Shown: piece after piece, positions 38,671 to 48,806 of the stretch | Numbering within the stretch: the stretch's first letter is position 1 | Layout: each line of letters opens with the position of its first letter | From: Acidobacteriota bacterium | GTDB taxonomy: Bacteria; Acidobacteriota; UBA6911 | Direction of reading: 5' to 3' | Assembly: GCA_016933615.1 (NCBI GenBank) | Contig: JAFGAO010000086.1 | Span: forward strand, 1 to 61,109 | Length of the DNA: 61,109 bases | Position numbers and translations under genes: made by a program | Notes under the pieces: generated by a model | Seen by the model: the letters and a program-made list of their open reading frames with translations, nothing else | What the model was told of the DNA's origin: nothing | Databases searched by the model: none

Positions 38671-40482
38671 TTAAACGTCTGCAGCCGCATCCGATTCTGT
38701 TTGGAGGCGGAAGAATCGGCTGTAGCGCCCTTGAAGTTCCATTAAACTTTTATGGGTTCCGGATTCCACAATTCTCCCGTTTTCAAGCACGATGATCCGG
38801 TCCACATTCCGTACGGTGGAAAGTCTGTGCGCAATAATTAATGTCGTCCGGTCGCGTATGAGATTTATTAATGCTTTTTGGACCAGTTTCTCCGATTCAG
38901 AATCCAGGGAAGAAGTCGCTTCGTCCAGTATCAGGATAGGGGCGTTCTTCAATAACGCCCGTGCTATGGATATTCTTTGACGTTCCCCGCCGGACAAACG
39001 CTGCCCTCTTTCCCCTATCGGAGTTTGGTACTGCAGCGGGAAGCCCATGATGAAATCATGGGCGAAGGCCGCCCGGCCGGCTTCGATAATCTGTTCCATG
39101 GAGGCATTCTTGTTGCCGTATGCAATATTATTGCATACGGTATCGTTGAAGAGGAAAGTCTCCTGCGTCACTATTGCAATCTGGCGCCTGAGGGAATTCT
39201 GGCGGTAATCTCGGATATCGCGTCCGTCGATGAGAATGGAACCGGACGTCGGATCATAAAAACGAGGGATTAAATCCACCAGAGTCGACTTTCCGGCGCC
39301 GCTGCTGCCGACAATGGCCACGATTTCGTTCTTTTTTACCTTTAGATGAATATCCCTCAAAACCTCCTTTTTGCCGCTTTGATCCTCGTACTTGAAAAAC
39401 ACATTCCGGAACTCAATCGAATCCAGGATGCCTTCAAGATCCAGTGCATCGGGCCTGTCCTGTATCTCATGGTGCGTGCCTAGGAGATCGGAGATTCGGG
39501 ATGCCGCCGCCATGGAGCGCTGGATCCTTATGTGAATACGGCTCAGTTTCCTTATGGGATCGTACATGCGAAACAGCGCGAAGAGACCGCTGCCGAACAT
39601 TCCCAGCGTCAGTTCGCTGCCGGTAATATTTCTATGCGCATAGAACAGTATCGGTACGAACGCAACCGCCCCGATAAATTCCAGCAGCGGGGAGCTGAGG
39701 AAAAAAACGGCCATAGCCCTCATATTGCTGCGAAATAAATGAAGAGTAGTTTTTTTATAGTGCCTGCTTTCGTGAGATTCCATGCCGAAAGCTTTTATGA
39801 TTCTCATCCCCGTGAGCGACTGCTGCAGCTGATCGTTCAAAGTCGCCGTATCCTGACGGCCTTTTAAACTCGCGATGCGGCTTCGCTTCCCCAGTAAATA
39901 CGTCAAACCGAAAGCCGGCGGAGCAATCAACAGAGTCAGCAACGCCAGCTTCCAATCCACTACAAAAACTACAACGCCCATTGCCGCCAGGACGACGGAT
40001 TCGCGAAACAGCTCGGCCATAACGGTGGAGACGGCCTCCTGAATCTGCTCGACATCGTTTCCCATCTTCGACATCAAACGGCCGGTGGAATTCGAAGCAA
40101 AAAAACCCATGGATTGCCCAATCACATGGTTGAAGAGAATATTCCGCAGATCGGTCAGAACGTTCTGCCCGACTCTGCCCATTAAATAGTCCGAACAATA
40201 TATGAAGATTCCTTTCAGGAGTGTCAGCGTAACAAGTATGAGCGAGACCTGCCATACTATGCCTCCGGGCATGAGATCAAGAATAACCTGAAGGAAAGCG
40301 AACTGCTCCATACCGGTCTTAAAAGGAAGAGGTTGCGATATCAATACTTTGTCGAACAGGGGAATAATCAGCAGGAAGCGGAGAGCTTCCAATCCTGCGC
40401 TTGCAGCCAGAAGAAACAGGGATAGAACTATATTCCGCTTGTAGGGTTTTACAAAATTGTATAATTCGTCGATTGCCCTCAT
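38671..40482 (-). CDS. msbA: MsbA-like lipid A export ABC transporter (TMD+NBD)
   Basis: TM domain; GSSGAGKST; LSGGERQR; ILDEATS; AHRLST. Confidence 0.8.
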   Translation of the reverse strand: MRAIDELYNFVKPYKRNIVLSLFLLAASAGLEALRFLLIIPLFDKVLISQPLPFKTGMEQFAFLQVILDLMPGGIVWQVSLILVTLTLLKGIFIYCSDYLMGRVGQNVLTDLRNILFNHVIGQSMGFFASNSTGRLMSKMGNDVEQIQEAVSTVMAELFRESVVLAAMGVVVFVVDWKLALLTLLIAPPAFGLTYLLGKRSRIASLKGRQDTATLNDQLQQSLTGMRIIKAFGMESHESRHYKKTTLHLFRSNMRAMAVFFLSSPLLEFIGAVAFVPILFYAHRNITGSELTLGMFGSGLFALFRMYDPIRKLSRIHIRIQRSMAAASRISDLLGTHHEIQDRPDALDLEGILDSIEFRNVFFKYEDQSGKKEVLRDIHLKVKKNEIVAIVGSSGAGKSTLVDLIPRFYDPTSGSILIDGRDIRDYRQNSLRRQIAIVTQETFLFNDTVCNNIAYGNKNASMEQIIEAGRAAFAHDFIMGFPLQYQTPIGERGQRLSGGERQRISIARALLKNAPILILDEATSSLDSESEKLVQKALINLIRDRTTLIIAHRLSTVRNVDRIIVLENGRIVESGTHKSLMELQGRYSRFFRLQTESDAAADV

Positions 40483-40844
40483 GATTTTCCGTAAAACGGC
40501 CAAACCGATTGACTCAACGGCATTTTGTTCTGAGAGACTAGCGGAGAAAACCGAATTGGTCAAATAAAAGTGCGGGAAGGACTCTTGGCCTGACGATCCC
40601 AATCGCTTCGGGCGCCGGTTGCGCCCGGCTGCATCGGAAGCGCAACGGCGCGGGATCTTGCCGATGACGGCGTCGGAGCGTTCGGATCCTGCGGACCGGG
40701 CGGGACGGATGATCCGGGCGGATAAACGAGGCGCAATCGACGCCTGTCTTGATCCGATCCTTATGCGGCCTGGAGTCATTCCTCGGGAGCGGTGCGGAAA
40801 TATCTGCGGTTTTTAAGTCAATCCTTCCCCGGTCTCTTATCGTT

Positions 40845-43142
40845 TTAGCGGCTTCTGGCTTTTCGCGGACTGGAATTTGACTTGCTGCTATTTGAACTTT
40901 GGCCGGATGAGCGTGAGTGAGGAGAATCTGCGGATGAACTTCGAGCCGAAGAAGGAGAGGAATTCGAGCGGCTGCCAATACTGCGGGAAGGCGTCGAATA
41001 GGAACGGGACCGGCTGTCGGGCGAAGGCGCTGCATAGGAACGGCTCTGACTCCCGGCTGAAGGAGACGAATAGGATCGCGTCCGGATGCCGGAAGACGGG
41101 ACAGAATCAGACCGGCTGCGGCTGTCGGGCGAAGGCGTTGAATATGAGGGGCCGGGAGCGCTTGAACGAGCACTCTGGGATATGCGGGGTCGGCCGTCCG
41201 AACGGTTCGTGCGGACGCTTTCTTCGACCGCGGACCCGCTTTTTTGCGGGGTCGGCTGTATCCGTCTTACAGGCGGGGAAACCGGCTCGCGCTTTTCTTC
41301 CTCTCTCCTTGTACCGGAAGTTCCACCGGAAACTATCCCCGATGAATTCCGGGGAACGGCCGAACGGGTCGTTGCGGATCGGTCGCTTCGGCCGACGGGA
41401 AAATTGGAAGAATCGGCTCGATTCGCGCTCCCGCTCGTTCGACCGGGATTAGAATTATTGATGTCCTGGTTTTGCCGGTTCTGCTGATTGTCTCCGGCAC
41501 GATTCTTCTCTGCAGGGGAACGGACATCCGCCCGGCCGGGCGGGCCATCGGCTGCCGCGCCGCCTGCCGACCGCGCTGGCTCGGCGCCGGAGCTCTTGCT
41601 TGGCGTGCTTCTCAAAATGCGCATGCGCCCTTCGTCGGATTCACGCCCCGCGTAATCGGCGCCCTGTGTGCCTCTTGTTCTCTCCGCGGTTTCTTTGGTG
41701 TCCCTGTTTCTTATTCCCTGGGTGTCCCCGCTTCTTAATCTCGCGACCGCCCGAGACGCGACCTCCGGATTCGTCACCCGCACGTATCCGCCTCGACCCG
41801 CAGCCCTCGCCTGAGGATCGTTGTGTACCAGCGCAGGTCGCGGATTGATTAATTTGGACCGTAGCGCACTCCTGTCCGGATCGGGGCTGAAGCTCTTGGA
41901 AGTGGGCCGAACGGCCAGACGTTCCCTTACCAGCGTGCCTCGACTCCAGGGCTGTTCTATCTGCCTATAGCCCTCTCTCGTGGCTATCGTACGGGATCCG
42001 CCGTTTCGGAAATGGTCTATTTCCATCGACCGGAAAGCCCCGCGAACCTGCCTATTAACGGAGTGCCCCGCGGCTCTCCAGTGCAACCGGCCCAGGTCGG
42101 CGAGATGATGGCGATACAGTCTCCGGTTATAATGGTAATTGTTGATGCTGTAGTAATCCCCGGGCCCCAACGGGCACCAGGAAACCCATGAGGGCCCGTG
42201 ATAGAATGTAACCAGCCCGGGAGACCAGAAGTTGAAAGAAAAGGAAGGCCCCGGCAGCCAGCACCAACCGAAACGTGGGCTGCGATGCCATCGGCCGTAA
42301 TGATACGGGAGCCAACCCCAAGGTTCATAGGAAACCCAGGTCCATCCCCAAACCGGCCGATAGCACCAGCGGCCGACGGAGTAGGGAGACCAGGAAACGC
42401 CTATGGAAAAGGGAACCCAGGCCGCTCCGTAAGACTCCACGGTTACCCACCGCCCATACCGGTCCAGATCGGAAACGCCGGCATATACGGTGCCGGGCAG
42501 ATGGCGGCTGCTGGTTCGCGCGATAAAATCGGCATCCCGGCGATCGTTCCATTCATCCCAGGCGTCCCGGCCGGAATAACGGGCCATGGTGTAGGAGTTG
42601 TTCTCATCGGCTGTTACGAAAACCTGCTCTCCCGAATGGACTCTGCGCACGAAACGGTGGCTCACCGTTTCCAATTCTCCCTTGCGCACGATTGCATCCG
42701 TGTCGCCATTGTCCCTTGTATCAAATCGATAAAGTCCCCGGCGCAGAACAACAAAAGCGGCTGCCGGAGTATCCAGTTCGAAAGTGGTTCCGCTTGAAAC
42801 CGTCAGCGAGGAAAGACCGGTCATGATCCTTATCTGGATGAGGTCTTCACTCAGCGAGAGAAACTGAATATCCGTCCCCTGGGCCAATCGATACACGGAT
42901 CCCTCATCGAATTGTATCTCCGCCCTCCCCCCGGGCCCGGTGTAGATTCGGTCGCCCGGCTGAAGCGGCAGGTTTATGCTGGCTGCCGTCCAGTCGACAT
43001 CCAGGTCATTCTGGAAGCTGACGGGCCCTTCCATGTAAGAGATACGCGCAATACGGATATAGTCGTCATCATACGATTCGGCATACGAGGCCAGGTTCGC
43101 CATCGACAGTGCCAAAATAACGGTAATTGCGCAGCGTGCCAT
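40845..43142 (-). CDS. Secreted FecR-like + DUF6600 protein with long disordered Ser/Arg-rich tail
   Basis: Signal peptide; ARISYMEGPVS; W.PY..GRW...GWTWVSYEPWGWLPYHYGRW. Confidence 0.85.
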   Translation of the reverse strand: MARCAITVILALSMANLASYAESYDDDYIRIARISYMEGPVSFQNDLDVDWTAASINLPLQPGDRIYTGPGGRAEIQFDEGSVYRLAQGTDIQFLSLSEDLIQIRIMTGLSSLTVSSGTTFELDTPAAAFVVLRRGLYRFDTRDNGDTDAIVRKGELETVSHRFVRRVHSGEQVFVTADENNSYTMARYSGRDAWDEWNDRRDADFIARTSSRHLPGTVYAGVSDLDRYGRWVTVESYGAAWVPFSIGVSWSPYSVGRWCYRPVWGWTWVSYEPWGWLPYHYGRWHRSPRFGWCWLPGPSFSFNFWSPGLVTFYHGPSWVSWCPLGPGDYYSINNYHYNRRLYRHHLADLGRLHWRAAGHSVNRQVRGAFRSMEIDHFRNGGSRTIATREGYRQIEQPWSRGTLVRERLAVRPTSKSFSPDPDRSALRSKLINPRPALVHNDPQARAAGRGGYVRVTNPEVASRAVARLRSGDTQGIRNRDTKETAERTRGTQGADYAGRESDEGRMRILRSTPSKSSGAEPARSAGGAAADGPPGRADVRSPAEKNRAGDNQQNRQNQDINNSNPGRTSGSANRADSSNFPVGRSDRSATTRSAVPRNSSGIVSGGTSGTRREEEKREPVSPPVRRIQPTPQKSGSAVEESVRTNRSDGRPRISQSARSSAPGPSYSTPSPDSRSRSDSVPSSGIRTRSYSSPSAGSQSRSYAAPSPDSRSRSYSTPSRSIGSRSNSSPSSARSSSADSPHSRSSGQSSNSSKSNSSPRKARSR

Positions 43143-43281
43143 GGTGCATACCCCCCTTCCTCCGGGCATTCTCTTTCGGTACTGTTTATTTTGACGCCTG
43201 CAACCTCGATAAGTCTCAAAAAATAGCACCGGAGGCATAACGCAAGGTCTGCATGGGGGAGATTGTAAAGCAAAAGCGCCT

Positions 43282-45075
43282 TTATGACATTTCGTCGGGG
43301 ACTGAAATTTCGCGGACATAGTGTCCCAGGTCGGCTTTAACCAGTTCCGAGACGGCATGGGTGAGGTAGCTGCAAACCTCACGGGCGGTACTGAAAGTCA
43401 GCGCTTGATCGGCAATCATCCTGGAATCGTCAATCGACACTTCATGCAGAACGCGCCGTATCGCCGGAATCGAAAGCGGATTCATGCTGAGTTGCGTGTA
43501 TCCCAAACCCAGAAGCAGCACTGCAAAAAACGGGTTGGAGGATATTTCCCCGCAAATGCGCGCGGGCTTTTTCAGTTTTGCGGCTACATCCGCGATGCGC
43601 GCCAGGCATTGCAGCACCGTCGGATGCAGGGGCTGAAACAAATAGGCCACATGGGGATTTTCCCTGTCCACGGCCAACATATACTGGATAAGGTCGTTCG
43701 TTCCCACACACAGGAAATCCGCTTCCCGGGCAAGAACCTCCAGAGCAAAAACGGCGGCGGGAACCTCGATCATGGCTCCAACGGGAACTTTGCGCAACCT
43801 GCTTTTCGAAGTCTTGCGAACCGAATCCCGGACTTCGGATATCAAGGATCGCGCCTGCCGTATTTCCTCGACGGTCGAAATCATCGGAAGTACAATTTCA
43901 ACGTTGCCTTCGCTGCCGGACCTCAGGATCGCCTCTATCTGAGACCGGAACATGTCCTTCGCTTTCAGGCTCAGACGGATCCCGCGCAAGCCCATCGCCG
44001 AGTTGTACTGACCGGGAAAGTCCTCCCCGTCGAACAGCTTCTCGGAGCCCGCGTCCAGGGTTCGCACGGCCACGGGGTGGGGCTTCATCTCGCGCACAAG
44101 TTTGCTGTAGACCCGAAGCTGTTCCTGGACCGAAGGAAGACCCTGCGGATGCCCGAAAAACAGAAGTTCCGATCGGAACAACCCTATCCCTTCAGCCCCG
44201 CATCTCTTTGCAGCCTCCAGCTCATAAGGCAGCTCGGTATTGGCACGCAGCGAGACGGGAGTTCCGTCCCGCGTTAGGGTCGTTTGTCCGGATTTTTCAA
44301 GTACATAAGCAGCCGTAGTGCCGAACGCTTCGATGCGGCCGCGCATGCGCTGCATGCGCTTCTGGGTGGGATTCAGGATAACCTGGCCATCATCCCCATT
44401 GACGAGCAAGGCGTCCCCCGTGCTGGTCGAGGGAAAAATATCGCGGATCCCCATAACCGCCGGCAGCCTCAGCCCTCTGCTGATTATGGCGGTATGGGAG
44501 GTGCGGCCCCCGAGTTCCAAAACAAGCCCGCGCACTTTATGAAGATCCATTGTCGCGAAAGCCGAGGGATGGAAGTCGCGCGAAACTATGATCAGGTCTC
44601 CGGGAAGATTGCTCCAGCTGAAAGGGCTGTCCCCGGAAAGGTTGGCAATAACCCGCTCCAGTGCATCTTCAATGTCGTTGTGTTTTTCCCGGAAGTATGC
44701 GTCCTCGAGGGATTCGTACGCGCGCACGATGCGGTTCATCGCCTGCATCACGGCCCATTCGGAATTGGCGTGTTTTTTTCGAATGCAGTCGAGAATTTCG
44801 GCCTGCAGCGTTGGATCCTCTAAAATGAGTATGTGGGTGTCGAGAATCACGCTGTGTTCGCTGCCGATCTTCTCCTCCAGACGACATTTCAATACGGACA
44901 GCTGCTCTTTGGATTGCTCTATCGCATCCAATAAACGCCTCGCCTCTTGCTCGACATCGTCAACGTGCATCTTCAGGATGGCGCGATTCCGTTTGTCCAG
45001 CTTCAGGGCCTGTCCGAAGACCACGCCGGGAGAAACCCCTTCTCCAAGAAATTCTTTTTCCTGCTTTGCCTTCAT
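43282..45075 (-). CDS. ptsI: PEP-protein phosphotransferase Enzyme I
   Basis: GGRTSHTAII; GIGLFRSE; MGLRGIR; MIEVP; VGTNDLIQY; CGE. Confidence 0.95.
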   Translation of the reverse strand: MKAKQEKEFLGEGVSPGVVFGQALKLDKRNRAILKMHVDDVEQEARRLLDAIEQSKEQLSVLKCRLEEKIGSEHSVILDTHILILEDPTLQAEILDCIRKKHANSEWAVMQAMNRIVRAYESLEDAYFREKHNDIEDALERVIANLSGDSPFSWSNLPGDLIIVSRDFHPSAFATMDLHKVRGLVLELGGRTSHTAIISRGLRLPAVMGIRDIFPSTSTGDALLVNGDDGQVILNPTQKRMQRMRGRIEAFGTTAAYVLEKSGQTTLTRDGTPVSLRANTELPYELEAAKRCGAEGIGLFRSELLFFGHPQGLPSVQEQLRVYSKLVREMKPHPVAVRTLDAGSEKLFDGEDFPGQYNSAMGLRGIRLSLKAKDMFRSQIEAILRSGSEGNVEIVLPMISTVEEIRQARSLISEVRDSVRKTSKSRLRKVPVGAMIEVPAAVFALEVLAREADFLCVGTNDLIQYMLAVDRENPHVAYLFQPLHPTVLQCLARIADVAAKLKKPARICGEISSNPFFAVLLLGLGYTQLSMNPLSIPAIRRVLHEVSIDDSRMIADQALTFSTAREVCSYLTHAVSELVKADLGHYVREISVPDEMS

Positions 45076-45209
45076 CGAGCGTTCACCCCGCCTCAAACAA
45101 TGCACCGCATACCGCCAAGTCTAACCGCCTACTGCCTACTGAATGAACAGTGGGTTCCGCAGATTTATCTCCCGGATTTACTTTCCCGGATTTATCGGTG
45201 CGCAAAGAC

Positions 45210-45485
45210 CTATTCCTTTTCCCCGAACTTGGACCTGAAAAGCCTTTTTATGGCCTCTCCCGCCTCCATTTCGTCGCGGCCGTCGATGAAAACGGCCAGA
45301 CATGTCCCCTTCGAGGCGGCCAGCATCAGGACTCCGAGAATGCTCTTGGAGTCAATCCTCTGGTTTGCGCCCTCGCGGGACAGATACACGTCGCTGGAAA
45401 ATCTGGATGCGAGTTGGACCAGTTTTGAGGCGGCGCGCGCGTGCAAACCCAGTTTGTTTTCCACTTCGACGCAAAGACGGATCAT
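45210..45485 (-). CDS. ptsH: HPr phosphocarrier
   Basis: GLHARAA (His15); SKSILGVLML (Ser46). Confidence 0.95.
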   Translation of the reverse strand: MIRLCVEVENKLGLHARAASKLVQLASRFSSDVYLSREGANQRIDSKSILGVLMLAASKGTCLAVFIDGRDEMEAGEAIKRLFRSKFGEKE

Positions 45486-45880
45486 ACGCCTAGAAATTCA
45501 CTGGCCGTGGAGATACTCGAGCGCCCCTGGTCGCGTACAGTGCGGGCCAGAGAGTCCAGCGTGTCTGCGCCTTTCTGGCTGGCGATTTTAATAATCATCG
45601 GCAGATTGACGCCGGTCACGACATCAACCTTTCCGGGTTCGTGAAAAGAGAAGGCGATATTCGAAGGCGTGCCGCCGAACATGTCCGTCAGGATAAGCAC
45701 CCCATTCCCGCCGTCCACTTCGGAAATGCGTTTTTCAATATCCTTCCTGGCATCGTTGACGTCGTCGTGCCACCCCACGGAAACAAACTGTATGTGCGTT
45801 ATTTCCCCAACGATCATCTCTGCGGCGGCTACAAGCTCCCTTCCCAGATGCCCGTGCGTCACGACCAATGCGCCGACCAT
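45482..45880 (-). CDS. PTS EIIA, mannose/fructose type
   Basis: VVTHG; LTDMFGGTPSN; GVNLPM. Confidence 0.92.
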   Translation of the reverse strand: MVGALVVTHGHLGRELVAAAEMIVGEITHIQFVSVGWHDDVNDARKDIEKRISEVDGGNGVLILTDMFGGTPSNIAFSFHEPGKVDVVTGVNLPMIIKIASQKGADTLDSLARTVRDQGRSSISTASEFLGV

Positions 45881-45899
45881 AAATATCTCCAGGCTCCCT

Positions 45900-46763
45900 C
45901 TATTGGTTTATATCACGATGCTGAATGTGAATGGACCTGTTTTTACTTTCCAGCATCTTCGCAAGCGCCTCAACAACGAACACCGACCGGTGCCGCCCCC
46001 CGGTGCATCCGACGGCAACCGTAAGGTACCGCTTCCCTTCTTTGATATATTTGGGAATCAGGTATTTGAGCAGATTCCCCAGGCGTTTTATGAATGCGTT
46101 CGTTTCGGGAAACGATTCCAGGTAGCGCACAACGCTTTTATCCTTGCCGCTGTAAATCCTGATCCTAGGCACGAAATAGGGATTCGGCAGAAAACGGGCG
46201 TCAAACATCAAATCGGCCTCCTGCGGCACGCCTTTTTTGTAACCGAAGCTCAGCAGGTGAATATTGAGCGTGGAGGTTCGCGAATGTTTCCGGAACCTTT
46301 GCACAACCACCTTTTTTATTTCGTGCACGTTAAAGCGGGAAGTATCGATCGCAACATCCGCGAATTCCCGCAGGCTGTGCAGCTTCTCGCGCTCCAGCCG
46401 GATGGAATCCCGCAAAGAATTTTCGCCCGACAGCGGGTGGGGGCGGCGTGTTTCACTGAAGCGGCGAACGAGGACATCGTCATCCGCTTCCAGATAAAGG
46501 ACGAAGAGGTGAAAAGCGGACTGCCGGAGACCCCGGATAATCGCTTCGAGGTCTTTGAGCTTCTCCCCGGCCCGTATGTCGATAACCAGCACCGCGTGTT
46601 TGACTTCGTCCTCGGTCGTCTGGAGCCCCTCCACCAATTTGGGTATCAGGGAGACGGGGAGGTTGTCGATGCAGAAAAACCCCAGGTCCTCGAAAGTCCT
46701 CAGGACCGTTCCCTTCCCGGACCCGCTCATCCCGGTTACAATGACCAAATCCTGTAGACTCAT
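45900..46763 (-). CDS. rapZ: RNase adapter RapZ
   Basis: TGMSGSGK; DNLP; ETRRPHP; RFLPNP; GCTGGRHRSV. Confidence 0.94.
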   Translation of the reverse strand: MSLQDLVIVTGMSGSGKGTVLRTFEDLGFFCIDNLPVSLIPKLVEGLQTTEDEVKHAVLVIDIRAGEKLKDLEAIIRGLRQSAFHLFVLYLEADDDVLVRRFSETRRPHPLSGENSLRDSIRLEREKLHSLREFADVAIDTSRFNVHEIKKVVVQRFRKHSRTSTLNIHLLSFGYKKGVPQEADLMFDARFLPNPYFVPRIRIYSGKDKSVVRYLESFPETNAFIKRLGNLLKYLIPKYIKEGKRYLTVAVGCTGGRHRSVFVVEALAKMLESKNRSIHIQHRDINQ

Positions 46764-46886
46764 ACCCTGAGAGTTCCGCAAATGCCGCATGGCGCCCGGG
46801 CGGCCCCGATGCTTTCAGGCCGTACTGCAGGAGCATGCCGGATTTTTACCCGCCGAATCCCGGAAAGGGACAGGAGAAGCGATCGG

Positions 46887-47876
46887 CTAGCGGCCCGCCT
46901 CATCGGACTTCGGGCTGTCATTTTTCAGCAGGCTGTCCGTGGAAGACTGGTACCCGCGATGCCTCAGCAGCTGGATACGGGCAGCCACTTCGATCAGGGT
47001 GGCGACGTTCCTTCCCGGCGCCACCGGTATATTGATGATGGGAAGGGAAACGCCCATAAAATCGATGGTGGATCGCTCGACGCCGAGCCGGTCGTACTCG
47101 GCGTCGGGCTTCCAGCGCTCCAGCCGCACGACGAAATCGATATTCTGGGAAGCCCCCGTCGCCGAAATTCCGAAAAGCTCCTTTATATTTATGATTCCGA
47201 GCCCGCGCAGTTCCATATGATGCTTCAGTATCTTCCCGCCTTCGCCGGACAGCTTGTCCGTCCCATGACGCGTGAGCTGGACGTAATCGTCCGCAACCAG
47301 GCGATGCCCCTTCAGCACGAGTTCGAGGGCGCATTCGCTTTTCCCTATTCCCGACGGCCCCAGCACCAGCACGCCGAGTCCGAAAATCTCGATCAGAACT
47401 CCGTGTATGGTCATCTCGGAAGCGAGGCGCCTTTCGAGGTAATCGGTTATCTTCGGAATAACGCCCGAGCTGAGGGCGGAGCACCGGAGTATCGGGATTT
47501 TCTCCTCCTCGGAAAGCTCCAGCAGTTCTTTCGGAATCTCCAGCTGCTTTGTAACCACGATACAGCACATGGAATAGTTCTTGAGCTGGCTTATTGCCGT
47601 CTTTCTGTGCTCCGCGTCCAGAATATGGAGGTAATTCAACTCGCTGTTGCCGAATACGACCACGCGTCCCGGATCGAGGTGCCCCGTGAAACTGGCAAGC
47701 ATCAATCCCAGCTTCTGGATCCTGGGCGACCGTATTTTTTTATCCAATCCCTCCTGTCCCCGGACGATCTCGAGATCCAGGCCCATGGCCGGCGAAGCCA
47801 GAAGGAACTCCCGGACCGTTATGGTCTTTTCCTCCTCGGGCGCATCGATGGAATTGGAAATATGATTTTTATCCAC
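46887..47876 (-). CDS. hprK: HPr kinase/phosphorylase
   Basis: GPSGIGKSECALEL; LVADD; ELRGLGIIN; PGRN. Confidence 0.95.
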   Translation of the reverse strand: MDKNHISNSIDAPEEEKTITVREFLLASPAMGLDLEIVRGQEGLDKKIRSPRIQKLGLMLASFTGHLDPGRVVVFGNSELNYLHILDAEHRKTAISQLKNYSMCCIVVTKQLEIPKELLELSEEEKIPILRCSALSSGVIPKITDYLERRLASEMTIHGVLIEIFGLGVLVLGPSGIGKSECALELVLKGHRLVADDYVQLTRHGTDKLSGEGGKILKHHMELRGLGIINIKELFGISATGASQNIDFVVRLERWKPDAEYDRLGVERSTIDFMGVSLPIINIPVAPGRNVATLIEVAARIQLLRHRGYQSSTDSLLKNDSPKSDEAGR

Positions 47877-47985
47877 GTTTTACCCCGAACCGGCTCTGCA
47901 TCCGGAAATCCTGTTCCGCGGCGGAATCCGGCGCCTCCATACTACACCACATCCCGTCCGGCTCAAACATTTGTCGGTCTGATAA

Positions 47986-48025
47986 GGGCTCGCGCCAAAA
48001 TAAGTCTGCATTTTTGCGCGAGCCC
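47986..48025. mobile_element. ~40-bp MITE-like palindromic element, copy 2
   Basis: GGGCTCGCGC...GCGCGAGCCC flanked by TAA on both sides. Confidence 0.65.
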
Positions 48026-48186
48026 TAAGTAAACGATCCGGTGTTCGTTTGCCTCTCGACTCTGCAGTTGAGGCTGGAAGCTGCGGCAGGGGCGCGGGAA
48101 TCCGGAATGCGCCCCTTTTCAGCCTGAAGGCGCACCCCGGCTCGCATGGCCGGTCGTCGCGCCACGACCCGGGAAGACGCAGGTTT

Positions 48187-48726
48187 TTATGTGCGGATCA
48201 GACCGAGCGAGCTGTCTTTGCGACGGTAAAGGACGTTGACGATCCCCGATTCGGAGTTCCGGAAAACTATAAAGGGATAATCGGATTGATTCAGTTCGAT
48301 CAGGGCCTCTTCGACCGTCATCGGTTTGCGGTAAGCCTCCTCCTCCCGAATGCTTTCGGCTTTTGAAGCGCTGGAGCGTTTCGGAGGCCTGACGGTTCCG
48401 GATTTAACCGCAACGGAATTTTCCTTGGCCCGCTGGCGTTTCCCTTCGATTATCTTGCTCTTCTGCTTCAGCGCCTGGCGCTCGAGCTTATCGATTGCCT
48501 GGATAATCGAAGCGTACATGTCGTCGGTCTGCCCTTTTCCCGCCAGGTCCATAAACTTGGACTTGAGCAGAATATCCGCCGTCTGCCTTACTTTCTGGAC
48601 CGTAATGATCACATGAAAGCTGATATCCTCGCCCAGTATTTTTACGAACTTTCGAAGCCGCTTCATTACATATGCGCGAATGGCGGGAGTAATGTCTACA
48701 TGTCTTCCGGTGATTTCCACATTCAT
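48187..48726 (-). CDS. hpf: Long ribosome hibernation promoting factor
   Basis: ITGRHVDITPAIR; DMYASI; KPMTVEEA..F..NVLYRRKD. Confidence 0.93.
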   Translation of the reverse strand: MNVEITGRHVDITPAIRAYVMKRLRKFVKILGEDISFHVIITVQKVRQTADILLKSKFMDLAGKGQTDDMYASIIQAIDKLERQALKQKSKIIEGKRQRAKENSVAVKSGTVRPPKRSSASKAESIREEEAYRKPMTVEEALIELNQSDYPFIVFRNSESGIVNVLYRRKDSSLGLIRT

Positions 48727-48806
48727 GGCACGTAATCCTTCCTGGTCGAATAATTCAACGAATCACACCGCGGCGGTGCCGGGGGGGAGGAGCCTCCGCG
48801 AACACG

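Noticed and set aside
40483-40844. Possible ncRNA between the DUF6600 gene and msbA
   Set aside because: GC-rich, but no recognisable RNA family motif or convincing long stem by eye.
40935-41150. Similarity of the SYSTPSP repeats to the RNA polymerase II CTD heptad
   Set aside because: 12-aa period in a secreted protein; low-complexity convergence.
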